This document shows positions 11,043 through 24,400 of a stretch of 64,000 nt of DNA, in pieces. This stretch comes from Paecilomyces variotii. Lineage: Eukaryota. Position 1 is the stretch's first letter. Each line of letters opens with the position of its first letter. The stretch lies in assembly GCA_004022145.1 (NCBI GenBank), contig RCNU01000002.1, one strand, 5' to 3'. A model generated the notes under the pieces. It was not told the origin of the DNA and did not search any database. It was given only the letters and a program-made list of their open reading frames with translations. A program made the position numbers and the translations under genes.

Positions 11043-13303
11043 ATGGACAGTTCAATCCCATCCTGTCCGGCATCTGCCCCGGAACTTCAGTTATCACTGG
11101 CAGGCTTTGCTTCTTCTCTGTCCCGGAAGATCTCGCGCTTCCAGGAAACAAGTCGGACTCTGCTATTCCAAACTTTCCTAGGCAGTGAAGATGCCGGCCT
11201 GAGCTGGGGGAATCTGCTCTGTGTGACTACCGTCTTGGCTACAATGGTCGGCTGCGGGTTGCTGTCCACTATCCGGTCCCGTCAGAGGGCCCAGGACCGG
11301 CAACAGGAACGTCCAAAGTACAGAAAATCATCTGAAGTCAGCGGGGCGGCGTCATCTTCGGAAGATGAGGACATCGACAGCACTACTTCGTCGGCGAGGA
11401 GAAAAGCCATTGCTAAGGCGAAGGCATTCATTCCGCGATACAAAGGCTTAACGCAAAGTGGTGAGTCTTAGCTGTCTCACAAGAATTTTCGGGTGATTCA
11501 TGTCCATGCTTACTCTCTTTTACAGCGGTCAATACGGATCCTGGGCTTCTCAAGAAGCATTCCTCATACGTATCGTACACCACGTCGGTGGCTACTTATC
11601 CCTACATCAGAACCTTCTTCTGTCCTCACCCTCATATGGAAAAGTTCCCATCCAAACCAGCTCCAATCCCCTTGCTCGTATTTGTGCATGGTTTAGGTGG
11701 ATCCCTGGCTCAGTTCCATCCTCTGCTGACAAGCTTGTCTAATATCGGCCCTTGCTTCGGAATAGACCTTCCAGGATGCGGCCTGTCGTCTTTTGCGCCG
11801 ACCTCTTGGGATGCCTACTCGATAGAAGCTTTGGTTGAACTGCTGATCACCGCTATTGAAACCTACCGTGACAAGGAGGCCGGGCAGCAGGTTGTCCTGA
11901 TAGGCCATAGTCTGGGTTGCTCGTTGTCTGCCCTGATAGCCTCTTCCACGTCACCGGTACAGTCGGAGCTGCGAAAGAACATTGCAGGCCTGATAGCGGT
12001 GTGCCCGCGTGCATCCCCACCTTCTGCTCACGAAGTCAGGCTTTTCCGCAGACTGCTTTGGATACCAGGACCGATTTTTGATCTCTGGAGATGGTGGGAC
12101 CGACGCGGTGGTGCGAACAGCCACAGTGTGTCGAGATTTGTCGGCAAGGACGCCGACCCGGATACGAGACAGCTTCAGGTTCGATTTAACAAACAAAGCA
12201 GAACTCCTGTCTGGAGACGTATGGCATGGGGTAGCCTTCCTGACTACCATGGTGACAAGCCTACTGGAGGCCTTCCGGGCAAAGAGATATGGTCCGGAGT
12301 CCAGGCCCCTGTCCTCCTTGTGGCGGGTGAAGCGGATGCCATCACGAAGGCTTCGGAGATCGCGAAACTGCTCGCCTACTTTGGAAGCAATGAGGTTGAT
12401 ACTAGAATGGACGGTACCCAGAGCGCAATTCTGCCTGACGCATCTAGGGTGCATGATCAGCAAGAAGCACCATACGACGCGCGCGCTCACGACGAGAAGT
12501 TTGGACTCGATTTAGCAGACAGTGAGGCTGTCCTTCCAGAGAAGGAGGCGCTGGCTCAGTCCGGACAAGTGAAGCGAGTTGTGAAGACCACCATTCTTCC
12601 AGCACCAGCTTCCCATGCTCTACTCTACGATCGAGCAACCTACCGTACTCTTGCGGGTGTGATACAAGAGTTCCTTGTCAAGCATGTTGACAAAAGGCTC
12701 AACTTTGGATGGCAGTTGCAGCACCTCAACACGTCTGGCAAGTGGGATGTCAAGAACCTTGCAAAGTGGAAGAAGGTCCCTCCCTTCTCAGAGCCGATCG
12801 CAGGGACGTTCCTGGCTCTGAAGATGCTCCGAGAGGTAGACGAGGAGCATAACCCGGTTCTCTTCTCCCAGGCGCACCGAGGTGAAGTTTACGCTGTCAT
12901 TGATATCAGCCACGAAAACCCAGTCTACAACCCGGAGCAGCTGGAGAAGGGCGGGATCCACTATCATAAACATCCGACCGTGTCGAAGATTCCGCCTACC
13001 GTGGATGAGACGAGAGATTTCATCGCATTGGTTGACCGGCTGCAGAGTGAAATAACAGATCAAATTGAAAGAGACGGAAACGGCGGTCGTCCACGCCCGC
13101 TGGTCGGCGTTCACTGCCATTATGGGTTCAATCGGACCGGCTTTTTGATCGTCAGTTACCTCATCGAACGGCTCGGTTACAGCGTCCAGGACGCGATCGA
13201 TGAGTTTCAAAGGAAACGACCTCCAGGGATTCGACATGAACATTTCATTGATACGCTTTTTGTTCGGTATTGTATTGGCCTCAAGAGGGCACCCACTCTC
13301 TAG
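11043..13303 (+). CDS. Alpha/beta-hydrolase fused to a C-terminal dual-specificity (CX5R) phosphatase; intron at 11461-11525
   Basis: FVHGLGGS, DLPGCG and GHSLG (nucleophile elbow). C-terminal VHCHYGFNRTG. N-terminal hydrophobic segment. Confidence 0.88.
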
Positions 13304-13585
13304 AACAAGTGTAGTTGAGTCGTTTGGATATCTGGCTTAAAGGAAAGGGTTATACAGGCGTTTTGGTTTCTGGTAGAATTATGAGTGACGATTGTTGATA
13401 CCACCTGTATTATTATGAGTTGAACCGGACTAGTTTTGATTAATAAGGATTAATAAGGATAATTATGATTGTCAGTCAGTTATGACCGTTTTATCCCTTC
13501 GTCTGAAAGAGGACGGCGACCTGCCCTGTGTTACAGTAGATATGGATATGGTAGTTAGCGCAGACTAGAAAATCGAGGAAAGAAG

Positions 13586-13670
13586 GCCTGAGGCAAACAA
13601 GGCCCCGTGGCTGCCTGAGGCCGCTATTCGCAGCTTAGGGTAACGCTAAACCCTGACAGGCTAAGCGAAG
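13586..13670. promoter_or_regulatory. Cluster of CCTGAGG/CTTAGGG-type motifs upstream of RPS19
   Basis: GCCTGAGGC occurs twice, plus GCTTAGGG, ACCCTGA and GGCTAAG, about 190-270 bp before the ATG. Similar motifs lie upstream of DOM34 and importin-11. Confidence 0.45.
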
Positions 13671-13858
13671 CCGCCCACACAGAAGCGGACCAACGACACT
13701 CTACCCGAGCCCCCAAAGGTCTTCCTGTTTCTGTGTGCGTGCGAAATTTCGAGGTTCGACCTGACCCGACACCCAACGACGACAACATCCGTCTTCCTCG
13801 ACTTCCTCTCCAAGCCCGTATACCTTCGATTCCCGTTTCGAGGTCACAAGTCGCAATC

Positions 13859-14806
13859 ATGGGTGGTGTCACCGTTCGCGATGTGGACGTAAGTTGCACC
13901 TTGAGATATCCTCTTTGAAGAAACAAGAAATCGCTCGCTGTTTTCCCTGGACCTGGACTACGTTGTGCGAAAGAGGAGGGACAATCGAAACAAACGAAGA
14001 CATGGTCGATATACAAGATCAGGATATACTGGATTGGTTGGAGTTGGGGAGGTTCTCGATATCGACTACACAGAAGATTGTGCTGGACATAATCGGGATT
14101 AAAAGGCGCGCAGGGACCGCAAGGGATTCGCGACAAAGCAAAAGGCGATATCAGATGCACACGGACGGGTCTAGGGAACGAGCAGAAACGCAATGGATTC
14201 TGGGATGCGACATGTGCTAACAGGATTTATCGACTACAGGCGCAGAAGTTCATTGCGGCCTACTCCGCTTTCTTGAAGCGTCAGGGAAAGCTTCCCATTC
14301 CTGGTTCGTAACCACTATGCTTCCTCGTGTCGCCCCTTTTTTTTTTGGTTGTGAATGACTTGCTAATATTTCTTCGTCTAATAGGATGGGTTGACACTGT
14401 CAAGACCTCCGCTTCCAACGAGCTCCCTCCCCAGAACGCTGACTGGTACGATATATCTATCCTCTTATCATCTCTGCGAAGAAAGTCCGGTTATCTAATG
14501 GATGTCGTTTTCAGGTTCTACGTCCGCGCCGCCGCTGTCGCCCGTCACATCTACCTCCGCAAGACCGTCGGTGTCGGTCGTCTCCGAAAGGTCCACGGCT
14601 CCACGAAAAACCGTGGCTCTCGTCCCGCCCACCACGTTGACGCCTCCGGTGGTGTCGACCGCAAGGTCCTCCAGGCTCTCGAGAAGATTGGTGTCCTCGA
14701 GCAGGACGAGGAGAAGGGTGGCCGTCGCATCTCCCAGGCCGGTCAGCGGGATCTGGACCGCATTGCCAAGACCACCGTTGACGAGGAGGAGGAGGACGAG
14801 GAGTAA
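13859..14806 (+). CDS. RPS19: 40S ribosomal protein eS19 (exons 13859-13888, 14240-14303, 14385-14445, 14515-14806)
   Basis: MGGVTVRDVD AQKFIAAYSAFLKRQGKLPIPG WVDTVKTS...GRRISQAGQRDLDRIA, with strong codon bias. Confidence 0.98.
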
Positions 14807-16062
14807 ATTAGTTTTTAATCTGAACTCCAAAGTCCTTTGAAATGTTGTTTTCTCTTTTCCTTTTTCCTGCAAAAATGAGACCAGACGGATGGGTTTCCGG
14901 TCGCAGCGGGCATGTAACGTCAGACGTGGGAATGGATTGAAATGTTGGATCACCAAAAAGGTTCATTCTAACCAATGACAATGGCTTATAACGACCAGAC
15001 GGGCTACGGCAGAGAGAGGGAGACAAGAGGAACCAAGATGGGATGAATAATTCTGGGAAAGAGAAAGAAAAAGAAAAATTTTTCGATTACCAGAATAAAA
15101 AAAGAAACCAAAAAACAACAACAACAACAACAACTTAAGGCCATATTGTGTTTCTACAGCTTTCACCCCTGGGGTGTATACACCCTGCCCTTCTTCCCCC
15201 GTCCCTTCAAACAGACATGGCATGGCGTGGCAAAGACTATTCGTCTGAGTTACGTGGAATCGAACCGAATCGGACCAAAGTAAAGGACGTATCCAGCTCT
15301 TCTTTCTTTTCCGTCTGATCGATCCTCCATTCTCATTTCTTCCATAACCCTTGTGCTCCTCGTGAACATCCATTTCCCCATCCCGCTGCCTCATGGAGAA
15401 GAAGTAAACAAGCTAAAAAGTATTAAGAATCTCTTCCTTCAAGTTAAGTCAAATAGATTAGATTATACCAGCATCCACTCCGGGTCTCAACAAGATGGTC
15501 ACTGCCTTTACTGATTTAAACTATAACCAATAAAATCTGTAACTTAGCTAACCATTAAGTACCATGTATGTACATTACCACCGCAAGAGAGACCGGAACA
15601 CAATTATATTTGTGAAACCGGTGTAATTCTTGATAACGATGACTACTACATATATACAATGTATGCTGAAAGAAGTTGAATGATCCTGAAATAAAACAAG
15701 AAAATGGGTATCTATCTATCTATCTAATCTTGTGGAAAACGTTTTATCATCAACGAACCAACGAACAAACTAAACCAAAAATACATATTGCGCCTCCTCT
15801 ACAGATGCTGTAGAATCAAAACTGTGCTTGAGAGAAAAAAAAAAAAAACGCCAAATAAGAACCCCATTTAGTCCAATTTATACCGAGTTATCATACCGAA
15901 GTATGATGTGATGTGGAAGTAGGGTCGTAGCATCCGTTGAGTCGACTCCAAGAATGCAAAAAAATATCAATATCAGCCAAATGTTGAACGCGCATATGCA
16001 AAATGAAGTCCGTAATTGCTGATATAGGCGATGAGTAAGAATGGTATAGCAGGATGGACTGA

Positions 16063-17466
16063 CTACAAGGCTCCTAAAGCCTCGAGTTCTTCTGGTGAAA
16101 GGTCAAGGTCGCCGAATTCGTCGTCATCATCAGTGATTGAGTAAGTTCTCGAAAGGCTCGCCTGTACGGAAGGGTGTGAAGCCGGTGCGCTGAAAGATCG
16201 GGATGGCATACCCGCTATCTTATGCATGTCCCTGGGGGTGTATTTCTGGCGCGGTTTGAGGGACGGCGACTTCCGTAATGCGTCGTCGTCGTCTACTTCT
16301 GCAGAAGAGTCCCGGTTGAGGAGTGATAGTGGCTCTCTTTCAGCACTTGCTTGAAGCTTGCTATATGGCTTCGGACGACGAGGTGTGTTTCTCACTTGAG
16401 GGCGCTGTCCTCGAACAATGTTCGGATGTAGATTTTCCTTATCATCGAAGTCATCATTTTCATCATCATCGCCATCGGTTAGGTCCTGAGTTGATATACC
16501 GGCGAGTATGTCCTCTGGATCTTGGTAGATATCAATGGGCATTTCTGGAGGGTCTGCCGCCGTTGGCTCGGAATGTTTATCGACTGCTGCTTCGAGATTT
16601 GTCGCCGGTGGACCACAGCTAGTGGCGTTTTCATTATGACCGTTTCCCGATGGATGTTCCATCTTCGGGGTGGATAGAGAACCTTCGTTCGCAGTCATCT
16701 TTGAAGTACCGGCAGTGTAGCGCTGCGTATTGACTGCGGACTCTTCTTTCGCGAGATAATCATCAACGTCCAGCTCGTCAGGGAGGAGATCCTGTAGCAA
16801 CCTCGACGTGTCATCTTCGAAGGAATCACCTAGTGATTGGAGGAGGTGACTGGCAACCTGGTCCCGCGAAGACTGCCTCAATGCAACATGGACAGTGTTA
16901 TCATTCACATTCTCCTCATTGTGCAGCACTACCGTCTCTGCTTCACTGAAATCCCCCTCATCAGCCAGATCACAGTATCCTTCTTCACTGTCCTGTCCGG
17001 CATTACTCCGATCAGCATCCGCTCTCTCCCCTTCTATTCGCTTTTCTTCACTCGCATCCTGTCCCCCGTCACCATTGACACTACCCGCACCCTCCTCACT
17101 ATCACTATACTCTGTGCCCGACTCCTGTGATCGATCCTCCTCCCGAGCAGGCTGCAGCGACTTCTTCGCCCCAAAGAAATCCACCAACAGCGGCTGACTC
17201 GACGAGACCTTAGGAGCATTCGGATCCGGCAATCCCAATCGTTTCCTCTCCTCTCTCGCTTTCGCCTCTCTCTCCGCCTTCTTCTTTTTCTTCTCCCGAA
17301 GCTTCTTCTCTTTCTCCCGGAGCTTGGCCGCGCGGCGCTCTCGCTCCTCTTCCCGCTCGATCCGCTCGATCTGCGACGCCGTGAACTGGAACCGCTTATT
17401 GCTGCGCTGATACCTCCGACGCACGGTTTTGGATTTCTCCAGAATGCGCCGTGGCTTGTCCGCCAT
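16063..17466 (-). CDS. Hypothetical protein with a K/E/R-rich N-terminal coiled coil and an acidic disordered body
   Basis: Uninterrupted 467-aa ORF with an ATG start. No recognisable domain. Confidence 0.8.
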   Translation of the reverse strand: MADKPRRILEKSKTVRRRYQRSNKRFQFTASQIERIEREEERERRAAKLREKEKKLREKKKKKAEREAKAREERKRLGLPDPNAPKVSSSQPLLVDFFGAKKSLQPAREEDRSQESGTEYSDSEEGAGSVNGDGGQDASEEKRIEGERADADRSNAGQDSEEGYCDLADEGDFSEAETVVLHNEENVNDNTVHVALRQSSRDQVASHLLQSLGDSFEDDTSRLLQDLLPDELDVDDYLAKEESAVNTQRYTAGTSKMTANEGSLSTPKMEHPSGNGHNENATSCGPPATNLEAAVDKHSEPTAADPPEMPIDIYQDPEDILAGISTQDLTDGDDDENDDFDDKENLHPNIVRGQRPQVRNTPRRPKPYSKLQASAEREPLSLLNRDSSAEVDDDDALRKSPSLKPRQKYTPRDMHKIAGMPSRSFSAPASHPSVQASLSRTYSITDDDDEFGDLDLSPEELEALGAL

Positions 17467-18093
17467 CCTGGTCGATTGGGAGGGGTAGGGTGATTGGCAT
17501 TGGAAGATTGAAAGAGAGAGAGAGAGAGAGAGAGAGTCTAGAATAATGATAATAAGTTAAGTTGTGTCTGCAAGGGCTGCCGTCCATCGTTTGGGGTTGT
17601 TGCGTCAACGGGGATACGTTCTACCGAGAACAGACCAATCATGATTGATTGACGAGGGGGAAAGCCCAGAGCGTCAGCACATACGGAGATGGCGTTGCTT
17701 GGATCAGATTATTATTCTCAGTGGCTTGCGCCTTTTATTGGAATTAGTTTAATTAGTATTAACTTTAACTTGACATGCAGTTGTTGAGACCACTCTTTCT
17801 GGGGAAAATGGCCTCTGCTCAGGGGGGCGTCGTTGGATCTACTACTTAGCGTGAGTACGTGCACGTATCTAACTATGTATCACTTTTTAAAGTGCAGAAA
17901 TAGGAATAAGGCGTTTTTTTTTTTGTTTGTTTTTTTGGAATATTATGTGTATGGTTCATCATGCATGTCATCAATTCGGGTCTGTTAGGCTATTTACATG
18001 TATAGGCGATGGTATATACATGCCACCATTCGGCCAACCTGTAGGGACTCTTCTTGACGAAGTAGTTCGAAGAATTTGCCGCCGAATCAACGC

Positions 18094-19290
18094 TCACAGC
18101 TTGGACAGCCAGTGAGGGTCCTCAACGGGGTCCCAGCAGACAGGAGCGTACACGTTAGTGTGGAGGGAGTCCATGTCCTCCTTGGACAGCTCGAAATCGA
18201 ACACCTGGGCGTTCTCGATGATGCGAGCGTCGGTCACGGACTTGGGAAGAGGAACGTATCCCTATTAGGTAGTTGGTTAGGATTATTTGGTCCTGAAATC
18301 TGGAAAAAAAAAAAAAAAAAAGAAAAAGAAAAAGAAAAAATAGGAGGGGTTTTTTTGTATATACCTTCTGCAAGCTCCATCGCACGAGAATCTGAGCAGG
18401 AGTCTTGTTGTGCTTCTTGGCCAGGTTCTGCAGCACAGGCTCGTTCATGCGCGTGGCCTGGACGAGAGGAGAGTAGGCCTCGATGACGATGTTGCGCTTT
18501 CGCAGCCACTCGACCACGTTCTCTCTGGCGCACCAGGGGTGAATCTCGTACTGGCCAACATCGATCTTACCACCGACTCCACTGTTGATGTACGCCTCGA
18601 GCTCGTCCAGGTCCTTGACGCTGTAGTTGGAGACACCAATGGAGCGGACCTTTCCGGCCTTCTGCGCCTCCAGGAGAGCTCTCCAGGAGCCCTCACGGTC
18701 CTCCTTCGTGCCGCCAGGGGCGTGGATGAGGATCCTGCGAGTTCGCGTCAGCAATCCTGGATGGTGATCCGGATAAGCAGACAACAGGAAAAGGAACCGT
18801 ACAGGTCAATGTAGTCGAAGTTGGCGTCCTTCAGAGACGACTCGATGGCGGCCTTGGACTTCTCGTATCCCACCTCGGTGACGGGGATCTTGGTGGTGTA
18901 GAAGATCTTGGAGCGGTCGATACCGGAGTTCTTGATGGCTCTCGAACATTCACCCTCGTTCTGGTAGTACTTTGCGGAATCGATCTGCGCCGATGGATGT
19001 GAGACGGATGGCTTTCATGTGCAGCTGAATGCTAGAAAATGGACCTACGTGACGGTATCCGACTTCGATGGCCTTGAGAGTCACCTTCTCGGTGATCTCT
19101 GCGGGCGTCTGGTAGACCTGTTCATTGTCATTATCAGCTTTGAGTTTCATCACACGCTGATCAAGATTGCATGGTTTGGAAGTGCCACTGGCTCCAATTA
19201 CGGGGTAAATATACTCACACCGTAACCGACGATCGGGATCTCGTATCCCGAGTTCATCTTGTAGGTCGTTTCGAGCGAGAGGGGAGCCAT
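18094..19290 (-). CDS. Aldo-keto reductase (multi-exon)
   Basis: MNSGYEIPIVGYG, GYRHIDSAKYY, IFYTTK, LILIHAP, SIGVSNY, AYSPL and PAQILVRWSLQ across spliced exons. Ends DPHWLSKL*. Confidence 0.92.
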
Positions 19291-20064
19291 GATGACGGTA
19301 TTGCAACGAGCTACAACGGATAACTCTACGGCGTGTAGACAAGAAAGAAGGCTGCGCAGGAAATTGGTTTTGAAAAGAAGAAATAAAAAAATTTGTATTG
19401 GTCAGCGCACTCCTGCCGGCTTTTATAACTATTGGACCTGATACTGTCTGGCCAAGGCAGTTGTGAGCACCTTGATCGGCCAACTGCGCGATAAAGAGGG
19501 GCAGCAAAGGATTAGTTAGCGGAGTCCGATTTCAAGCCGGGCCGAGTGGAGAATAATATCTACTCTAACATCAAGATGCTAACTCCGCGTGGAGTGAAGA
19601 TACTGTACCTAGTCATGTTCAACGCCGTACTGGAAGCATGATGATGATACATGGTAAGACTGGCCTATTGGGAATTACCCAGGTGAAAAGGGATGAAATC
19701 GTCTGTGAGTGTACGAGAGTGTACCTAGTACTACATACAAAGACGACTTGGTTGCGGCGTCTCGGAGGTTGCGTTGATGTCGGACTTAACTCCGTCTTTG
19801 CGGAAACTCGGCCGGGAAAGGTCGGACTCAGGGCTTAGGGCTATCCTTATCGATAAGAGGCGCGCTAGTCCCGATGTGGTCGGCATGAAGTGTCCCGCCT
19901 TTCAAGTTGCGATCCCCGCGTTCGGGCGTCACCAGAGCAGCGTGTTTGTATCTATATTATTCTTATCGTCCTGCGCAAATATTAGCAAACGAGGTTTCCA
20001 GAAGCGGGGAGTTCTGTTTGGATAATATTCTCTCTATACGTACTGGGTACTGTGGTTTCCCATC

Positions 20065-21458
20065 ATGCGCATGATAAAAAGCAACATTGAGCGTGACGGC
20101 TCCGGCTCCGTTACGCTCTATCCCGAAGAGCCAGAGGACATGGTATGTTTGCGTGTATATTGTCAGCTATGTACTCCGAATCGGGTCTGACCTCCAGTGA
20201 CTGCAGTGGCACGCATATAATTTAATTCGACCTAATGATCTCCTGCGAGCCAGCGCAATCCGTCGCGTCACGCATACATCCGACTCGGGCTCGACGGCCT
20301 CATCGCGGGTGCATCTGACGCTGGAGATCCGAGTCAAGAACCTCGACTTTGACCCGCAGAGTTCGCAACTGCACGTCTCGGGTCAGATCATGAACGAGAC
20401 GCAGCATACGAGGGTTGGGCAACATCACACGCTGGATCTGGAGTTGAATCGCAACTTCACGCTGGTGAAAGAGGTGGGCGCGGAGGGCGAAGGCGTGGGA
20501 TGGGACAGTGTGGCGATCGATATGCTGCGCGATGCGGTGGATGAAGGAGGGAATCGACGAGCCGAGGCGGTCGCTGTCGTGATGCAGGAGGGAGTGGCCC
20601 ATATCTGCTTCATCGGCCAGTTCCAGACGATCCTGAAGCAGAAAGTCGAGATGTCTATTCCGCGCAAAAGACACGGCGGAAGCGATCACGACAAAGTGTG
20701 TGCGCGGAGGGCCCCTCTTTCTCGGATTCTACGGAACTGACGAGTGTTACTTACAGGGCCTGTCGAAGTTCTATCAAGTGACGCTGGATACGTTATTACG
20801 GCAACTCGACTTCAACACCAGCTCGACGGCTACGGCCAGCAACGAGGCTGTGAAACCGATCCTGCTGGCATCGCCTGGGTTTGTCGCGGCGGGCTTCCAG
20901 AAACACATCCAGTCGGTTGCGTCGACGAGTGTGCCGGCGCTGAAGCGTCTGCTGCCCAGCATCGTGGTGGTGCACTCGGCGTCCGGGTATCTGCACTCGC
21001 TGTCGGAAGTGCTGCAGTCGCCCAGCGTGAAGACGCTGCTGGCGGACACCAAGTACGCGCGGGAGAGCAAGCTGATGGACGAGTTCCTGGAGCATCTGCG
21101 CAAAGACACGAACAAAGCGACGTACGGCGCCCGCGAGGTGGAACATGCGGTCGACCAGGGCGCCGTGGGCCGCGGCGGTGGCGTGCTCATCATCTCAAAC
21201 CGACTGTTCCGGGCGCAGGAGGTGGGCGAGCGTAAGCGCTGGGTTGGGCTGGTGGACCGGGTGCGTGAGATCGAGGGCGGCGATGTGCGCGTGCTCAGCT
21301 CAGACCACGAGAGTGGGAAGCGACTGGATGGGCTGGGGGGCGTGGCCGCGCTGTTGACGTTTCCCATCGTGGACGATTTCCAATCGGACGAGGACGAGGG
21401 GGACGATGCGGGGGAGGGGATGGTGATGGCGAACGGGCAGGAGGTGACAGTCTCGTAG
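20065..21458 (+). CDS. DOM34: Pelota/Dom34 ribosome-rescue factor (2 introns)
   Basis: PEEPEDMWHAYNLI, HHTLDLELNR, ILLASPGF and SSDHESGKRLDGLGGVAALLTFP. Confidence 0.96.
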
Positions 21459-24400
21459 GAAGAAGGAGGAAATCCCAATAAAAGGCGCATCACGTCGTAA
21501 TCCCTTGGCTGGAGCAGAGGAGAGTACGGAATAGATACTCAGTAAGTACGTATATACATGATGAACCCCTGCGGCCACGTTGTTGGGGGCGAGAATCACC
21601 GCGGTGAAGAAAGAGACCATGCATCGATCATCTGTCTGGTCATAATATAGTAGTATAGTATTGGTAGTAGTCATAGTTGCAGACGACCAACTAGGTAGTT
21701 TACTAGGTAGCTACGATATATTCCTCTTTTGGAAACCATCACGTCCATCGTCATACTACATAATCCCTCATATAATCCTCATCATCCTCATGCTCATCCC
21801 TCATCTTCGGGCAATATAATCACGACGGAAGTAAGTAAAATATGATGGTTACACAGAAAAGACCCGATATTCCCCGGTTTTTTCTTTGACAAGGACCAGG
21901 AAGTAAGACTATGCTGTGCGTCCGGTTCCTTTGATTCGGATCTTTTGTCTTTGCCAATCATATCAGAGTCGAGTTAAACCCCGCATCTATCAGTATTACC
22001 GTAGAATATAATATTTTGTTTGATATTATTTTATTATACTTTTATTATGTATGTGTTTTTTTTTATTTCAATATGATGATGATAATAATAATGACCGTGA
22101 TCGTCTACCTGATCGGGGCTGCATTGCATTGGACCGAATTAGCCGCATACATAAGAATATGTATAGAACAACAGGATAGATTTCCATCAGAAGGTCGATC
22201 GAAGCTGTCGGGTCAGGTCAGGTCAGGTGAACAGGAAGAACAAACATCCTTGTAGAAAACATTTCATGCCAGTCTGATTATTATTTCAGACAGATATTAT
22301 TATTTAATAATACGTCAAACGTATAACTAACTAACTAGTTAGTTATCCTAATTAACCATTGGATAGCTGTATATATATCTCAGAGTAGAGGACTATTATT
22401 ATATTAAATCCATCCATCCATCCAGAGTAAGTAAAATTCCCCTCTTGATTCTTCCGAACCATGCATCTTCACGTCGTACAACCCGCGTCCAAAATACGGG
22501 GAAAAAATAAAAGCGCCTGACTGCCTAACCTAACCTAACCCCTTCGAAAAAAAAAAAAAAAAAAAAAAAACCACGCGAGACAAACAACACAAGGGCAAAA
22601 AATAATTCCCGCGTTTTAACCAGACTCACTACTCTCGCCCCCGCAATTATTATCCCCAGGCTTTTTATTTATTCGGAATCGGAACCCATGCGCATGCAAC
22701 CAACCAAACCAACCCCGGATAATAATGCTATGATATGACATGATCGGACGTAATAATTTATCAGGATCAAGTCACATGGGCATCATATCATATCATATCA
22801 TATCATCATATTCCCATCAGGAAGTTGCGGAACTGGCGGGAACCGAATCGAACGGGGGGGCAATTTAAGATTTTTACACAACATGATAATTATCAACTAG
22901 AAAATTCAACAATAATGGAATGGGCGCCGATGATCATCATTATTTTTCTCCCATTGTGACCTGGGGTTTTGGGACCAGACAAGACGAGGGGAAGGCCTTC
23001 CCCTTGGGGAAAGCGTTGGAATTAAAAAAAAAAAAAATCGTGGGTTTTTTTTTAGCGCGTGTCACTAGATAATAATTTAAACCCACTGAGTTTAGAGGGT
23101 CCTTTGTTTTGCCCCGGTCTTTCGTCCCCGGTCTTCGTTCGCATGGGCAGGCATTCTCCGCGTTGAATGATTAATTACTTATTCCCCGGAATTCTTCTTC
23201 TGGGGTTGTAAGACTATACGACGAGTACCAGGGTAATTATTACGGAGTACTAAGGAATCTAAGTTAGTACATGTCCATGAAACCTGGTGAAAGCGTGCCC
23301 CCAACATAAGTAACATCCTCAAATCGCTCACGGGTAGGCAAGCTTGGCGTCGGGAAGCAAGCAAGATCGGTCGGGGCAAGAGAGGGGGTGTCCAACAAAA
23401 GAGAGGACGAGAGTCTCGGGATTCCGTGGCTTTGGGGATCGGCTTGTAGAAGACAGAAGAAGAGATTGTTAGTTACTACTGTAGTAGTAGTGTACTAGTT
23501 ACTCCGTATCTACCGTACTCTACTACTACTCCGTACTCCGGGAATCAACCGTCCGGGGGAATGTCCTCCGTCCCGCCTTTTTTCTCCGTGTTGTTCTTGC
23601 CCAGTTGTGGGGAGAAGAAACGGGATGAAAGAGAAAACGACGAAGAGAAGATAAAAGCCGAGTGGTTGCTAGTCGAGGGTCTTTGCTGTGATCGGCATTG
23701 TTCGGGGGGCCACGCGAGCAACTTGGACGGAACTACATAACTGACTAAAAGGAACTAATTCACAGCTCAGCGTCATCCTGATTGTTTTCTGTCTTCTGTC
23801 TCGACTAATAATATAATAATATCTGGGATAAGTAATCCATAATATCTCCATAATATCTATATCTTCTCTTCGGCCTCCCGATGGGCTGCGCGGCTCGGAA
23901 GATGACGGTGACGTCAAGGCGCAACACTAGCGGCAACTCTAGTATTGTAATTAATTCGGGTATTACGGTACATGTAATTAATTCATTCTGGTACGAAAGA
24001 GAAACAAAATTAATGACAAGAAGAAAAAGAAGAAGAAGAAAATCAATATTGTTGTTGACCAGCAGTCAAGATAATTCTGCTTCTACTTCTGAGATAATAA
24101 TAATAATAATAATAATACTCTGCAAGGGGTTCTTCTGTTTCCGTCCATCCTCTGTTTCCGGCCATTCCAGCCCGCCGACGAAGCCACCCAATATTATCGA
24201 TAAACTCACCATCTTTCTGCTTCCCCCAGAGTTCTCTCTCTCGCACTCTACTACTACTAGTTGCTCTCTCCGCCCAGCCAGGATAGCATTACATTCCCCA
24301 CCGCATCTGCGCCAATGATGCTTGCGGCGGCGAAGAAAAAAAAACAGATGCAGACAAGTTCCCTCGTTTTCTGCGGTGGAGTTGCACTGGCTTCCCACGT

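Noticed and set aside
22526-22542. CTAAC repeats as interstitial telomere sequence
   Set aside because: The period is 5, not CCCTAA, and there are only three copies.
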